A stretch of 63,316 bases of DNA, counting the filler. It is 6 parts of 6 records of this genome, joined end to end, with 100 filler letters (N's around TTAATTAATTAA, not from the genome) between each part and the next. Parts side by side here need not be neighbours in the genome. Positions count along the whole stretch, not along the records: positions 1 to 16,790 come from DRR723986_6351; positions 16,891 to 29,343 come from DRR723986_6352; 4 more parts are not named here. The stretch is one strand, 5' to 3'. Positions 10,177 to 18,412 of the stretch are shown in pieces (the stretch's first letter is position 1; every line of letters begins with the position of its first letter). The notes beneath the pieces are model-generated. The model worked only from the letters and a program-made list of their open reading frames with translations, did not search any database and was not told where the DNA came from. The position numbers were made by a program, and so were the translations under genes.

Positions 10177-10243
10177 GTAGGGTGGGTGTAACCCACCAAC
10201 AGATGTGCTCCATTGCTGATTTGGTGGGTTTCACCCACCCTAC
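10177..10243. repeat. GTAG-family REP doublet (REPIN-like)
   Basis: GTAGGGTGGGTGTAACCCACCAA at 10177-10199 and its inverted copy (1 mismatch) at 10221-10243, separated by a 21-nt spacer. Confidence 0.85.
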
Positions 10244-10405
10244 ATTGCCAGTCATTTGGTCGCCCGGTTTTTCTGCTCAGGATCCTCCGTAGGGTGGTTG
10301 CAATCCACCAACAGAACTCCAGCCGAACAATTTCACGACGTTTTACCAGCGAAGTCTCAACGCTCTTTTCGAGCACGCAATTCAACTACAACAGGAAACT
10401 CGACA

Positions 10406-10951
10406 GTGCGTTGGTTCTGGATTGATCGCTTTGAGAAGTTCGAGTCCGGCAAAGAGGCTGTCACAATCAAGAATGTGACACTGGCTGAAGAACCGCTGGA
10501 CGACTACTTACCTGGCTTTCCTCATTATCCGCACTCGTTGATCATCGAAGGGATGGCACAGACTGGCGGTCTGCTGTTTGCCCAGCTCGAAGACTTTCGA
10601 TCGCGAATCGTCCTTGCGAAAGTCTCTAAGGCCGAATTTCACGTGCTCGCGCGGCCCGGCGACGTTCTCCGGCTGACAGCAACACTTGTCAATATTCAGC
10701 CTGATGGAGCGATTTGCAACGGACGCGTTGAGGTTAATGGCGAGCTTCAAGCGGAATTGGAACTGACCTTTGCCAAGCTTGACGAATCGTTTGGCACCGA
10801 GCCCTTCTTCGTACCGGGCGATCTTTCACGAATCCTACGCAGCATGCAGCTCTTCGAAGTTGGTCGCACCGCCGAAGGTGAACCACTAAAAGAACCTCAA
10901 TATATGCTCGATGATGAACGCCGCCTGCTCGATCGTCAGCTTACCCAGTAA
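10406..10951 (+). CDS. Second FabZ-like hotdog protein, catalytic His apparently replaced
   Basis: GTG start after AGGA. 'RWFWIDR', 'KNVTLAE', 'DYLPGFPHYPHSLIIEGMAQTGG', 'ARPGD'. Confidence 0.8.
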   Translation: MRWFWIDRFEKFESGKEAVTIKNVTLAEEPLDDYLPGFPHYPHSLIIEGMAQTGGLLFAQLEDFRSRIVLAKVSKAEFHVLARPGDVLRLTATLVNIQPDGAICNGRVEVNGELQAELELTFAKLDESFGTEPFFVPGDLSRILRSMQLFEVGRTAEGEPLKEPQYMLDDERRLLDRQLTQ

Positions 10952-11205
10952 GACATTCTGCTAGAAAATTCACGTGTGCCGTAGCGTCGCGCACGCCTGT
11001 AGCGTGGACTGGGGCATTTGCACTCGCGGCATTACAGCCTGGCCTGAATTCGAGCTACTCAAAAACTCGATCCGCCCTGCCAAGCGGCCGTTTGGCAAAT
11101 TCTCTACGCCGCTGGCAATTGCTAGTCTTACTGCCAGAAAGTCAGTATTTGGAAGCACAAATGGTGCAACCGATTGAACCGCGGGCGATCGATATGCCAT
11201 AATGA

Positions 11206-13788
11206 GTGCATCGTCCTGATTGCCTCGACTCAAGACTGCACACCAACATGCACTCCCCCAACAACAAGCCCGGGCTCTCACTTCGCGAGTCGGTGCACGC
11301 ATCTGCTTTGACCTCTTTTGCGCGATGCGTTCGGTTGACAGCAATTATTGCGCTCTGTGGATTGGTCGGTTGCGGTGGCTGCCGCAAAGAAGAAAAGCTG
11401 ACGAAGGAAGAATTGGCCCGCCGAGCCAAAGAGAATGAGAAGAATATCGTTCTGAGCGGCTTCCAAGTCTTGCCGCAAGACAGCGAACAAAGCGGTGTGA
11501 TCAAGACCAAGGCTCAACATTGGTTCGAGACTAAGCAGACCGTTAAGTCGAATCGAGAAGACTTGCAGGTGTTGAGCGTCGGCTCGATCGTACGCGGGCG
11601 AGATCCAGTCACGTTACCTGGGACCGACATTCAAGCATCGTACGCCCGTCGAACCAGCCTGCCACGCGGCCAGCAAAAAACCGTCGACCTGCAGTTCTTC
11701 GTCCCCTCTGCACCACCGTCCAATGATCCGGACGGTCTCGCTCCGATTAAGAACGTCGGCTTCCAAACTGAGTTGCTCTCCTGGCCACTGCAAACTCCAC
11801 TTATTGCCACACCTCCACCGCGAACCACAAGACAACTCGCTGAACATGAGTTCCAGTTGGTGGCACTGGGGCCTAACGCCAACAGCTATACCTTCCTAGC
11901 AAAATCCGATGCGGTGCTATGGAAGGCGGACACTCTGATCATGTCCGATGAGAAGACACGCAGCTACTATTTGACGACGATCCGCCCCAACAACAATGTG
12001 TACCAATTCCCCAGGTCCATGATCACTTCGACGTCGGTTGCGGCTATCGTTTGGGACGACGTTGCACCGGAGACGCTCTCCGAAGACCAGCAGACGGCGA
12101 TCCTAGACTGGGTTCACTGGGGCGGGCAATTGATTATTAGCGGGCCCGCTAGCTGGTCACGCTTGCAAAATTCTTTCCTTAGTCCATATCTTCCGGCTTC
12201 CGCCGGCGCTGCGACCGAGCTGACAACAAGCAACTTCGACGCGATGTCGGCCAAATGGGTTGTGCCGGATCGCTCCTCAATTGGCAAGCCAGCTTTGGCA
12301 ATCGATGGGCCTCCAATTGCTGGCCTCGAGATGAAACTGTCCGAAACTGGTCAGTGGCTTCCCGATAGCGGTGAGATGGTCGCCGAAGCGGCGGTGGGAC
12401 GTGGCCGCATCGTGATGACTGCATTTCCGCTGCGCGAACCACGCATTTACAATTGGAAGTACTTTGCGAACTTTCTATCAACCGGGCTTCTTCGGCGAGC
12501 GCCGCGTGATGTCAAGCGTCGCCCGGACGACCGCCTGCTATGGCAAGTCTTCGCCGGTGCCAATGAGGGAAGTGAACGCGACGCCAAGCTGCACAGCAAC
12601 TTTCGTATTCTCTCCCGAGATCTGCCATCGAAGTATCGCAACGAGGCCACCGCCGGCGAGCTGAACCTAGTCGGCGACGCGCCGGCTGAAGAAGCAATCA
12701 GTTGGGCCGGCGGCGCTGCTTGGAATGACTATTCCGCACTTTCGATAAGAGCCGTTGAGACGTTGCGAGCTGCTGCCGGAATTGAGCTACCAAGCAGGAA
12801 GACGATCCTGATGCTTCTTGCCGGTTATCTGTTGGTCCTTGTGCCTCTGAATTGGCTAGTTTTCCGGATCATCGGCCGCCTAGAGTTGGCATGGGTCGTG
12901 GCACCGATCATGGCGATTACTGGCACGATCGTCGTAACGCGAGTTGCTCGACTCGATATTGGTTTCGCCCGTCGAACAACCGAAATTGGATTGCTTGAAC
13001 TGCATGAGGGATACAACAGAGCACACCTCACTCAGTTCATCGCTTTGTACACATCGCTATCGACAAATTACGCTGTCGAACTGCCCGAGAACGGGAGCGT
13101 CGCTTTGCCAATAGCGGACGCGTCGCGACAACAATCCCGTGCGGGCAGCGGCAGCCGTCAGATACGAACCAATTTTGGTCGCAGCGAAGGTGTGACGATC
13201 GAACCACTGACCGTCTATTCGAACTCAACCGAAATGCTTCACGCCGAACAGATGGTTGCACTCGACGGCGGCCTTCAGTTGGGCAAGCGTGAATCCGGTG
13301 ATTTCGCGATCAAGAACGGCACCGGAATCGACATTCAAAGTGCGTTGGTACTTTACCGGGACGAGTCTGGTGATGTCTATCATGCCTGGCTTGGCGATCT
13401 GGATTCCGGTACGACAATGACGTTGCAGTACAAGTTGCTTCGATACTCCGAAGCGTTCAAGCCTTGGTCAGAGGACCCTATTACTCAACAGGTCTTTCCC
13501 AAGGAAGATGAGCTCAGTGAAGAGAACGCCAATTTGTGGGTCGGCGGAATTCTTCACGAAGTTGCCCAAAAGACGCCTCTAGCAATCGGTCAAACCCGAC
13601 TAATTGGTTATTCAGACAAGCGTACCGGAGAATTGAACCTTGTGCCCGCGCAAGATCAATTCGACTCGAGAAGCGTCGTGGTAGCGCACCTCTCCCCTCA
13701 GGTGCTTGCCGCTGTTGAAAGTGATGCGGCCATCTTGAGCAAGGAAGTCATTGACCAAAGCCCCGCCGGACAAGACTCGTCGAACTAA
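11206..13788 (+). CDS. Large membrane/secreted protein of unknown function, ABC-associated
   Basis: 860-aa ORF with a lipobox-like 'LVGCGGC', a GATase-like 'AILDWVHWGGQLIISG', and a two-TM hairpin 'YLLVLVPLNWLVFR...AWVVAP'. Start uncertain. Confidence 0.7.
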   Translation: MHRPDCLDSRLHTNMHSPNNKPGLSLRESVHASALTSFARCVRLTAIIALCGLVGCGGCRKEEKLTKEELARRAKENEKNIVLSGFQVLPQDSEQSGVIKTKAQHWFETKQTVKSNREDLQVLSVGSIVRGRDPVTLPGTDIQASYARRTSLPRGQQKTVDLQFFVPSAPPSNDPDGLAPIKNVGFQTELLSWPLQTPLIATPPPRTTRQLAEHEFQLVALGPNANSYTFLAKSDAVLWKADTLIMSDEKTRSYYLTTIRPNNNVYQFPRSMITSTSVAAIVWDDVAPETLSEDQQTAILDWVHWGGQLIISGPASWSRLQNSFLSPYLPASAGAATELTTSNFDAMSAKWVVPDRSSIGKPALAIDGPPIAGLEMKLSETGQWLPDSGEMVAEAAVGRGRIVMTAFPLREPRIYNWKYFANFLSTGLLRRAPRDVKRRPDDRLLWQVFAGANEGSERDAKLHSNFRILSRDLPSKYRNEATAGELNLVGDAPAEEAISWAGGAAWNDYSALSIRAVETLRAAAGIELPSRKTILMLLAGYLLVLVPLNWLVFRIIGRLELAWVVAPIMAITGTIVVTRVARLDIGFARRTTEIGLLELHEGYNRAHLTQFIALYTSLSTNYAVELPENGSVALPIADASRQQSRAGSGSRQIRTNFGRSEGVTIEPLTVYSNSTEMLHAEQMVALDGGLQLGKRESGDFAIKNGTGIDIQSALVLYRDESGDVYHAWLGDLDSGTTMTLQYKLLRYSEAFKPWSEDPITQQVFPKEDELSEENANLWVGGILHEVAQKTPLAIGQTRLIGYSDKRTGELNLVPAQDQFDSRSVVVAHLSPQVLAAVESDAAILSKEVIDQSPAGQDSSN

Positions 13789-13861
13789 CTCCCTTAACAG
13801 GGCACCTGCCTACCGTCCCCCGAATCAATCGAAACAACACCTCTTCTGAAACCTGACACCT

Positions 13862-14788
13862 ATGATTGAGCTGTTTGATTTTGGCAAAGATTACGGCGAG
13901 TTCACCGCGGTAAAGTCTTTGAACTTGAAGATCGAAGCCGGAGAAATGTTTGGTTTCATCGGTCCCAACGGTGCGGGAAAGAGCACCACGATCCGCTTCC
14001 TAGCTACTCTCTTAAAGGCAAGTCGTGGTGATGGGACTGTAAACGGCTTCAGCGTCAATCGCGATCCGATGTCGGTTCGGCGAAGCATTGGATATATGCC
14101 GGACGATTTTGGGGTCTACGACGGGATGAAGGTCTGGGAGTTTCTAGATTTCTTCGCCGTCGCATATAAGATCGGACGCACCCAACGCAAACAGGTCATC
14201 CTGGATGTACTTGAGCTATTGGACCTAGGCCATAAGCGGGATGATTTTGTCAATGGATTGTCCCGAGGAATGAAGCAACGGTTGTGCCTTGCCAAGACAC
14301 TGGTTCATGATCCACCGGTGCTGATTCTTGATGAACCAACCAGTGGATTGGACCCACGAGCACGAATCGAAGTCAAGGCACTACTCAAAGAGTTGCGTCG
14401 AATGGGCAAGACGGTTCTCATCAGTAGCCACATTCTCTCGGAGCTTGCAGATTGCTGCTCGTCTATTGGTATCATTGAACGAGGTGAATTACTTGCCCAC
14501 GGTCCAATCGACAGCGTTTACAAGCAAATACGTCGCAATCGCCATGTCGATATCCGTTTCAATCATTCCATTGAAGCGGGCGTCTCCATTCTTCGCTCAT
14601 GCCCCGAACTTCGCGACATCGAGGTCGAAGACAATCGTGTTCTCGCGGAGTTTGAAGCCGACGATGAGCAACTTGCTGAAATCATGAAACGACTCATTGA
14701 CGGAGGCGTTGGCATGCGGAGCTTCAACGACAAGGATCCGACCCTAGAGGACGTCTTTATGATGGTCACCAAGGGCCTTGTGACCTAG
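13862..14788 (+). CDS. ABC transporter ATP-binding protein
   Basis: GPNGAGKST, LSRGMKQR, ILDEPTSGLDP, SSH. Confidence 0.92.
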   Translation: MIELFDFGKDYGEFTAVKSLNLKIEAGEMFGFIGPNGAGKSTTIRFLATLLKASRGDGTVNGFSVNRDPMSVRRSIGYMPDDFGVYDGMKVWEFLDFFAVAYKIGRTQRKQVILDVLELLDLGHKRDDFVNGLSRGMKQRLCLAKTLVHDPPVLILDEPTSGLDPRARIEVKALLKELRRMGKTVLISSHILSELADCCSSIGIIERGELLAHGPIDSVYKQIRRNRHVDIRFNHSIEAGVSILRSCPELRDIEVEDNRVLAEFEADDEQLAEIMKRLIDGGVGMRSFNDKDPTLEDVFMMVTKGLVT

Positions 14789-14873
14789 GCTCGGTTCACC
14801 CCGCGGCCAGCAGACTCACCCGGCTATCGGATTGGGACCACTGGTGAATCCTAAAACAGGAGGCTTAATCCCC

Positions 14874-15689
14874 TCAAATCATCAGCTCGGGTAGCAAAAC
14901 GGATAGAGCCCGGCGGGTGAGTCCAGCAATCAGCATGGCCCACGCAAAACTCAAGAACGTGCCGATGATCACATATTCCGTCGCAGCACGCTGATGCCAA
15001 TTCTTGATGTCACCGAAGCGAAGAATTGACTTTGTGGCGATAAGAAAGCCAATTCCCTGCGGATGTCCGCTCAGCACAAACAGCAGGACCAGCAGCCTTT
15101 CTAGCCATCCAATGTAGCGGCCACCGTCAGGCAGGCCTTTCAAGATATTCCCGATCTCCGCTTCGTCATTCTCCGTGATCGAGTCGTCTTCGACGTCATC
15201 GATCATCCCGCTGGTTATCTTGCCAATCAGTATTCCACCAGCGGGGCCGCACAGCGTTAGCCCAGAAACGAGCACCAGCGTTGCTAGATAACAATCGGTA
15301 CCGTCGAACACCTGTGCGACGGGGAGCCATGATTTCCACGAGCCATCGTGAAACAGCGTGGGCCACAGGGCTGCGATGCCGATGATTGTTGTCGTGTACA
15401 GAAGCTGTTCGATGATGAACGGCCATGGCCCGTCGACGTCTGTGACTACTCTTGGGAGAACAATCAACCTTAACAAGTGTACTGCGCAGTGCGCGGCAAT
15501 TAGTATCGCCAGCATGAGGAGCGAGACTGTCCCGAGTAGCGCAGTCGAAGCGATCAGCGGTATTGGCAAATATGCAAGCACGCCCCACCATTTGGTCGTC
15601 CTTAGCTCGCAGACTGCGGCTGGCTGCAGGATGAACTGACTGATCAGATGTGCCGCCAGCAGCGTTGTCGCTGTTTCTGCAAAATGCAT
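14874..15689 (-). CDS. DUF3307 (SatE-like) multi-pass membrane protein
   Basis: C-terminal family motifs 'GGRYIGWLERLL', 'IGFLIATKSILRF', 'TEYVIIGTFLS' and N-terminal 'AHLISQFILQP'. Lies downstream of satD. Confidence 0.8.
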   Translation of the reverse strand: MHFAETATTLLAAHLISQFILQPAAVCELRTTKWWGVLAYLPIPLIASTALLGTVSLLMLAILIAAHCAVHLLRLIVLPRVVTDVDGPWPFIIEQLLYTTTIIGIAALWPTLFHDGSWKSWLPVAQVFDGTDCYLATLVLVSGLTLCGPAGGILIGKITSGMIDDVEDDSITENDEAEIGNILKGLPDGGRYIGWLERLLVLLFVLSGHPQGIGFLIATKSILRFGDIKNWHQRAATEYVIIGTFLSFAWAMLIAGLTRRALSVLLPELMI

Positions 15690-15769
15690 TTCCGCGCCCT
15701 CAGTTCACCCGACACTTTCGTAACGTGCTGCCAACCCCGATTCCAGGCTAGAATCGGTACTTCTGCGAT

Positions 15770-15845
15770 ATCACCCAAAAACGGTTGATTTCTCAATATC
15801 ACCCAAAAACGGGTGATTACCAAAAATCACCCCAAAATGGGTGAT
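15770..15845. repeat. Array of three 20-bp palindromes ATCACCC-N6-GGGTGAT at an exact 28-bp period
   Basis: 15770 ATCACCCAAAAACGGTTGAT; 15798 ATCACCCAAAAACGGGTGAT; 15826 ATCACCCCAAAATGGGTGAT; 8-bp AT-rich spacers. Confidence 0.92.
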
Positions 15846-15861
15846 CCCCCAATTTCGCCCG

Positions 15862-16524
15862 CTACCAATCGATTGTTTCGAAAGCTTCGACTGCGGCGTT
15901 GAGGGCTTCTAATTGCGAGGCCTTCAGTGTCTTTGACACAACCTGATAGGATATGGCCAATTCGTCAGCTATATCGCGTTGCGTTAGCTGGCGAGGCGAA
16001 ATGGCAAGGCACATCATTTCGGCCTGGCGTTTTGACCAGCCAGAAATTAAAGCACCACTAAGTTTAGCGATTGCAGCAAGCAATTTTCCGGAGGAATCGT
16101 CCAGTTCATCCGGTAACGATATCGCCAGGTAGGAATCCGACTTGAGCTCATCAAGACCGTGACCCGAACGCACAAATGCATCACCGTCCGATCTCGATAT
16201 ACTCACACGTGAAATCCGATCTACTGAACCGATTCCAATCGAAACGCGGGAGTCACACCCGGTCGATATCAGAGCAGCACGCAAATAAACCGCCGCTCGA
16301 AATGCGTAGCTTGGCTGAGCGAGCAAAGCTTGCCACTGATCACCGCGAAAAATCTCCGGCTTTCCGCGCAGCACAGATTTCTTGGCATGCCAACCATTAA
16401 GCTCTTCTAGCGAACTGATGACAAGCTGCCTCGCGGCTTCCCGTTCGGGCGTACTCAACGCCGTTGAGTCGACCAGATCGCCGGTCAGCACGGCGAACAC
16501 CGGGGGTCTCTTTTCTTCACCCAT
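15862..16524 (-). CDS. SatD-family protein (nucleotide cyclase/palm-like domain + C-terminal HTH)
   Basis: 'AVLTGDLVDS', 'FRGDQWQ', 'RVSIGIG', 'DGDAFVRSG' and HTH 'LTQRDIADELAISYQVVSKTL'. Confidence 0.82.
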   Translation of the reverse strand: MGEEKRPPVFAVLTGDLVDSTALSTPEREAARQLVISSLEELNGWHAKKSVLRGKPEIFRGDQWQALLAQPSYAFRAAVYLRAALISTGCDSRVSIGIGSVDRISRVSISRSDGDAFVRSGHGLDELKSDSYLAISLPDELDDSSGKLLAAIAKLSGALISGWSKRQAEMMCLAISPRQLTQRDIADELAISYQVVSKTLKASQLEALNAAVEAFETIDW

Positions 16525-16648
16525 GCAACATTCTCAAGTAAGTCGATTACTCCGCGCCCGTGCAAACTCGACACAGGTTATCGCTTCTTTCTGCCCTGGC
16601 AGCAAGATTACTGAACGTCCAAGCTTAAGCAGCGGCGGTTCCACCCAA

Positions 16649-16790
16649 TCAGCCGCAACGCCATCGTGCGGTACCCGTATCAACCGCTTCGCGCCAGCGT
16701 GCGGTTCCACCCGATCTGCCGCTACGCGCCAGCGTGCGGTTCCCTGATACAACGGAACCCGACAACCGCAGGCTGGCGCCAGGCGGCTGA
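16649..16790. repeat. Cluster of planctomycete REP-like palindromic repeats at the contig end
   Basis: Three direct copies (16649, 16680, 16715) of approximately TCNGCCGCNNCGCGCCAGCGTGCGGTT and one inverted copy at 16764-16790. Confidence 0.75.
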
Positions 16791-16890
16791 NNNNNNNNNN
16801 NNNNNNNNNNNNNNNNNNNNNNNNNNNNNNNNNNTTAATTAATTAANNNNNNNNNNNNNNNNNNNNNNNNNNNNNNNNNNNNNNNNNNNN
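16791..16890. other. Artificial contig spacer
   Basis: 44 N + TTAATTAATTAA (stops in all six frames) + 44 N. Confidence 0.99.
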
Positions 16891-18387
16891 AACCTGCGCG
16901 CGATGGTGCAGAATTTCTGGGCGCAAACGGGGGGCGTCTTTGGTCAGCCGCTGCAAGTTGTGTCTGGTAACGTGTTGATATTCATCGTTTTCGGCGCGGT
17001 TCTGATGGGCAGCGGGGCAGGGGACTTGTTGATGAAGATCGCCAACCGGCTGACCGGCGGCTTCATCGGCGGCGCGGCGCATTCTGCGGTGGCCAGTTCG
17101 GCCCTGTTCGGCACGCTCTCGGGGGCTGCGATTTCCAACGTGGTGTCCACGGGCGTCATGACCATCCCGGTGATCAAGCGAGCAGGGTTCAAACCTGCCT
17201 TCGCCGGCGCGGTCGAAGCGGCGGCGTCCACGGGCGGGCAGGTGATGCCGCCGGTCATGGGCGTGGTGGCGTTCTTCGTTGCGGGCCAGATCGGGCTGGA
17301 ATACCGCTATATCGTTGTGGCCGCGATCCTTCCCGCGCTGTTCTACTATATCGGCACGTTTCTGAGCGTCTATTTCGAGGCCCGCAAGCAAGGCGTCGGA
17401 ACCCTGCCGCCCGAGGCAAGGCCAAGGCTGAACCGGCACGAGGCGGTGCAATCGCTGGTCTTCGTGATCCCGCTTGGCGTGCTGTCCACCTTCCTGTTCA
17501 TCCAGCCATCGGTGCCCAAAGCGGGGTTCTACGGCTTCCTCGCCGCCCTTGGATCTGCCCTGGTTCTGTTCCCCGAATTTCGCAGCCGCGAAAGGATCTG
17601 GCGGGCGTTCGTCGATGCAGGCCGGATGTCTGCCTCGATCGTGACCATCGTGGCAGCGATTGGCCTGATCGTGGGGTTGATCCAGCTTTCGGGGTTTGCG
17701 GGGCGGCTGTCACTTCTGCTGGCGCAGCTGGCCTCGGGGCCGCTCTTCATGGTGCTGATTGTTGTGGCGCTCGGGTCCATCGTGTTGGGTATGGGTCTGC
17801 CGCCGGGGGCGACCTATTTCATCATCGTGATCGCGCTCTCTTCGGGGATCGAGGCCGTGGGCATTCCCGATCTGTCGCTGCACCTGTTCGTTGTCTTCTT
17901 TGCGGTCATGTCCACCGTGACGCCACCCGTGGCGCTTGCGGCCTTTGCGGCGGCGCCGATAGCGGGCGCGGACCCGATCAGGACAGGGTTCGAGGCGGCG
18001 CGGATCGGCATGGCAGGCTTCCTCATCCCGTTTGTCTTCGTCTACCACCCGGCGATGCTGTACAAGCTGATGGTCGTCTTCGAATGGGCGGGCGGCGAGC
18101 CGGTGCAATCGCGCGCCATGCTGGCCGCGGCAGAGATCGGCTGGGGCAGCTTCGTCTGGATACTGGTCGCCTTCGCGCTGGCGCTTTGGTTGCTGACATC
18201 TGCGCTGGCCGGGCAGGAACGCCACCGGCTGAGCGCTGTGGAACGCAGCTTGCGCGCCGTGGCGGGGCTGGCGCTGCTGGTGCCGCAAATCATGGTCGCA
18301 GGTCCGGCCCTGGCGCTTGGCGCTGGCCTGATCGTCTATCATCGTTTCATCAACAAACCGGGGCCAGATCCGTCCCCGCAAAGCTGA
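16891..18387 (+). CDS. TRAP transporter fused 4TM/12TM permease (TAXI type), 5' truncated
   Basis: 'SGAAISNVVSTGVMTIP', 'EAAASTGGQVMPPVMG', 'TPPVALAAFAAA'. Confidence 0.92.
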   Translation, partial: NLRAMVQNFWAQTGGVFGQPLQVVSGNVLIFIVFGAVLMGSGAGDLLMKIANRLTGGFIGGAAHSAVASSALFGTLSGAAISNVVSTGVMTIPVIKRAGFKPAFAGAVEAAASTGGQVMPPVMGVVAFFVAGQIGLEYRYIVVAAILPALFYYIGTFLSVYFEARKQGVGTLPPEARPRLNRHEAVQSLVFVIPLGVLSTFLFIQPSVPKAGFYGFLAALGSALVLFPEFRSRERIWRAFVDAGRMSASIVTIVAAIGLIVGLIQLSGFAGRLSLLLAQLASGPLFMVLIVVALGSIVLGMGLPPGATYFIIVIALSSGIEAVGIPDLSLHLFVVFFAVMSTVTPPVALAAFAAAPIAGADPIRTGFEAARIGMAGFLIPFVFVYHPAMLYKLMVVFEWAGGEPVQSRAMLAAAEIGWGSFVWILVAFALALWLLTSALAGQERHRLSAVERSLRAVAGLALLVPQIMVAGPALALGAGLIVYHRFINKPGPDPSPQS

Positions 18388-18412
18388 AACCGGATCAACA
18401 GGAGGAGGAAAC

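Noticed and set aside
15770-15845. Mini CRISPR array
   Set aside because: Spacers are only 8 bp, repeats are 20 bp, and no cas genes are present. It fits an operator or hairpin array better.
16649-16790. CRISPR array or IS end at the contig edge
   Set aside because: Spacing is irregular and short, one copy is inverted, and there is no transposase. It matches REP clusters.
16791-16890. TTAATTAATTAA repeated five times as a biological repeat
   Set aside because: It is always centred in 44+44 N, so it is an artificial all-frame stop linker. ORFs running into it are artefacts.
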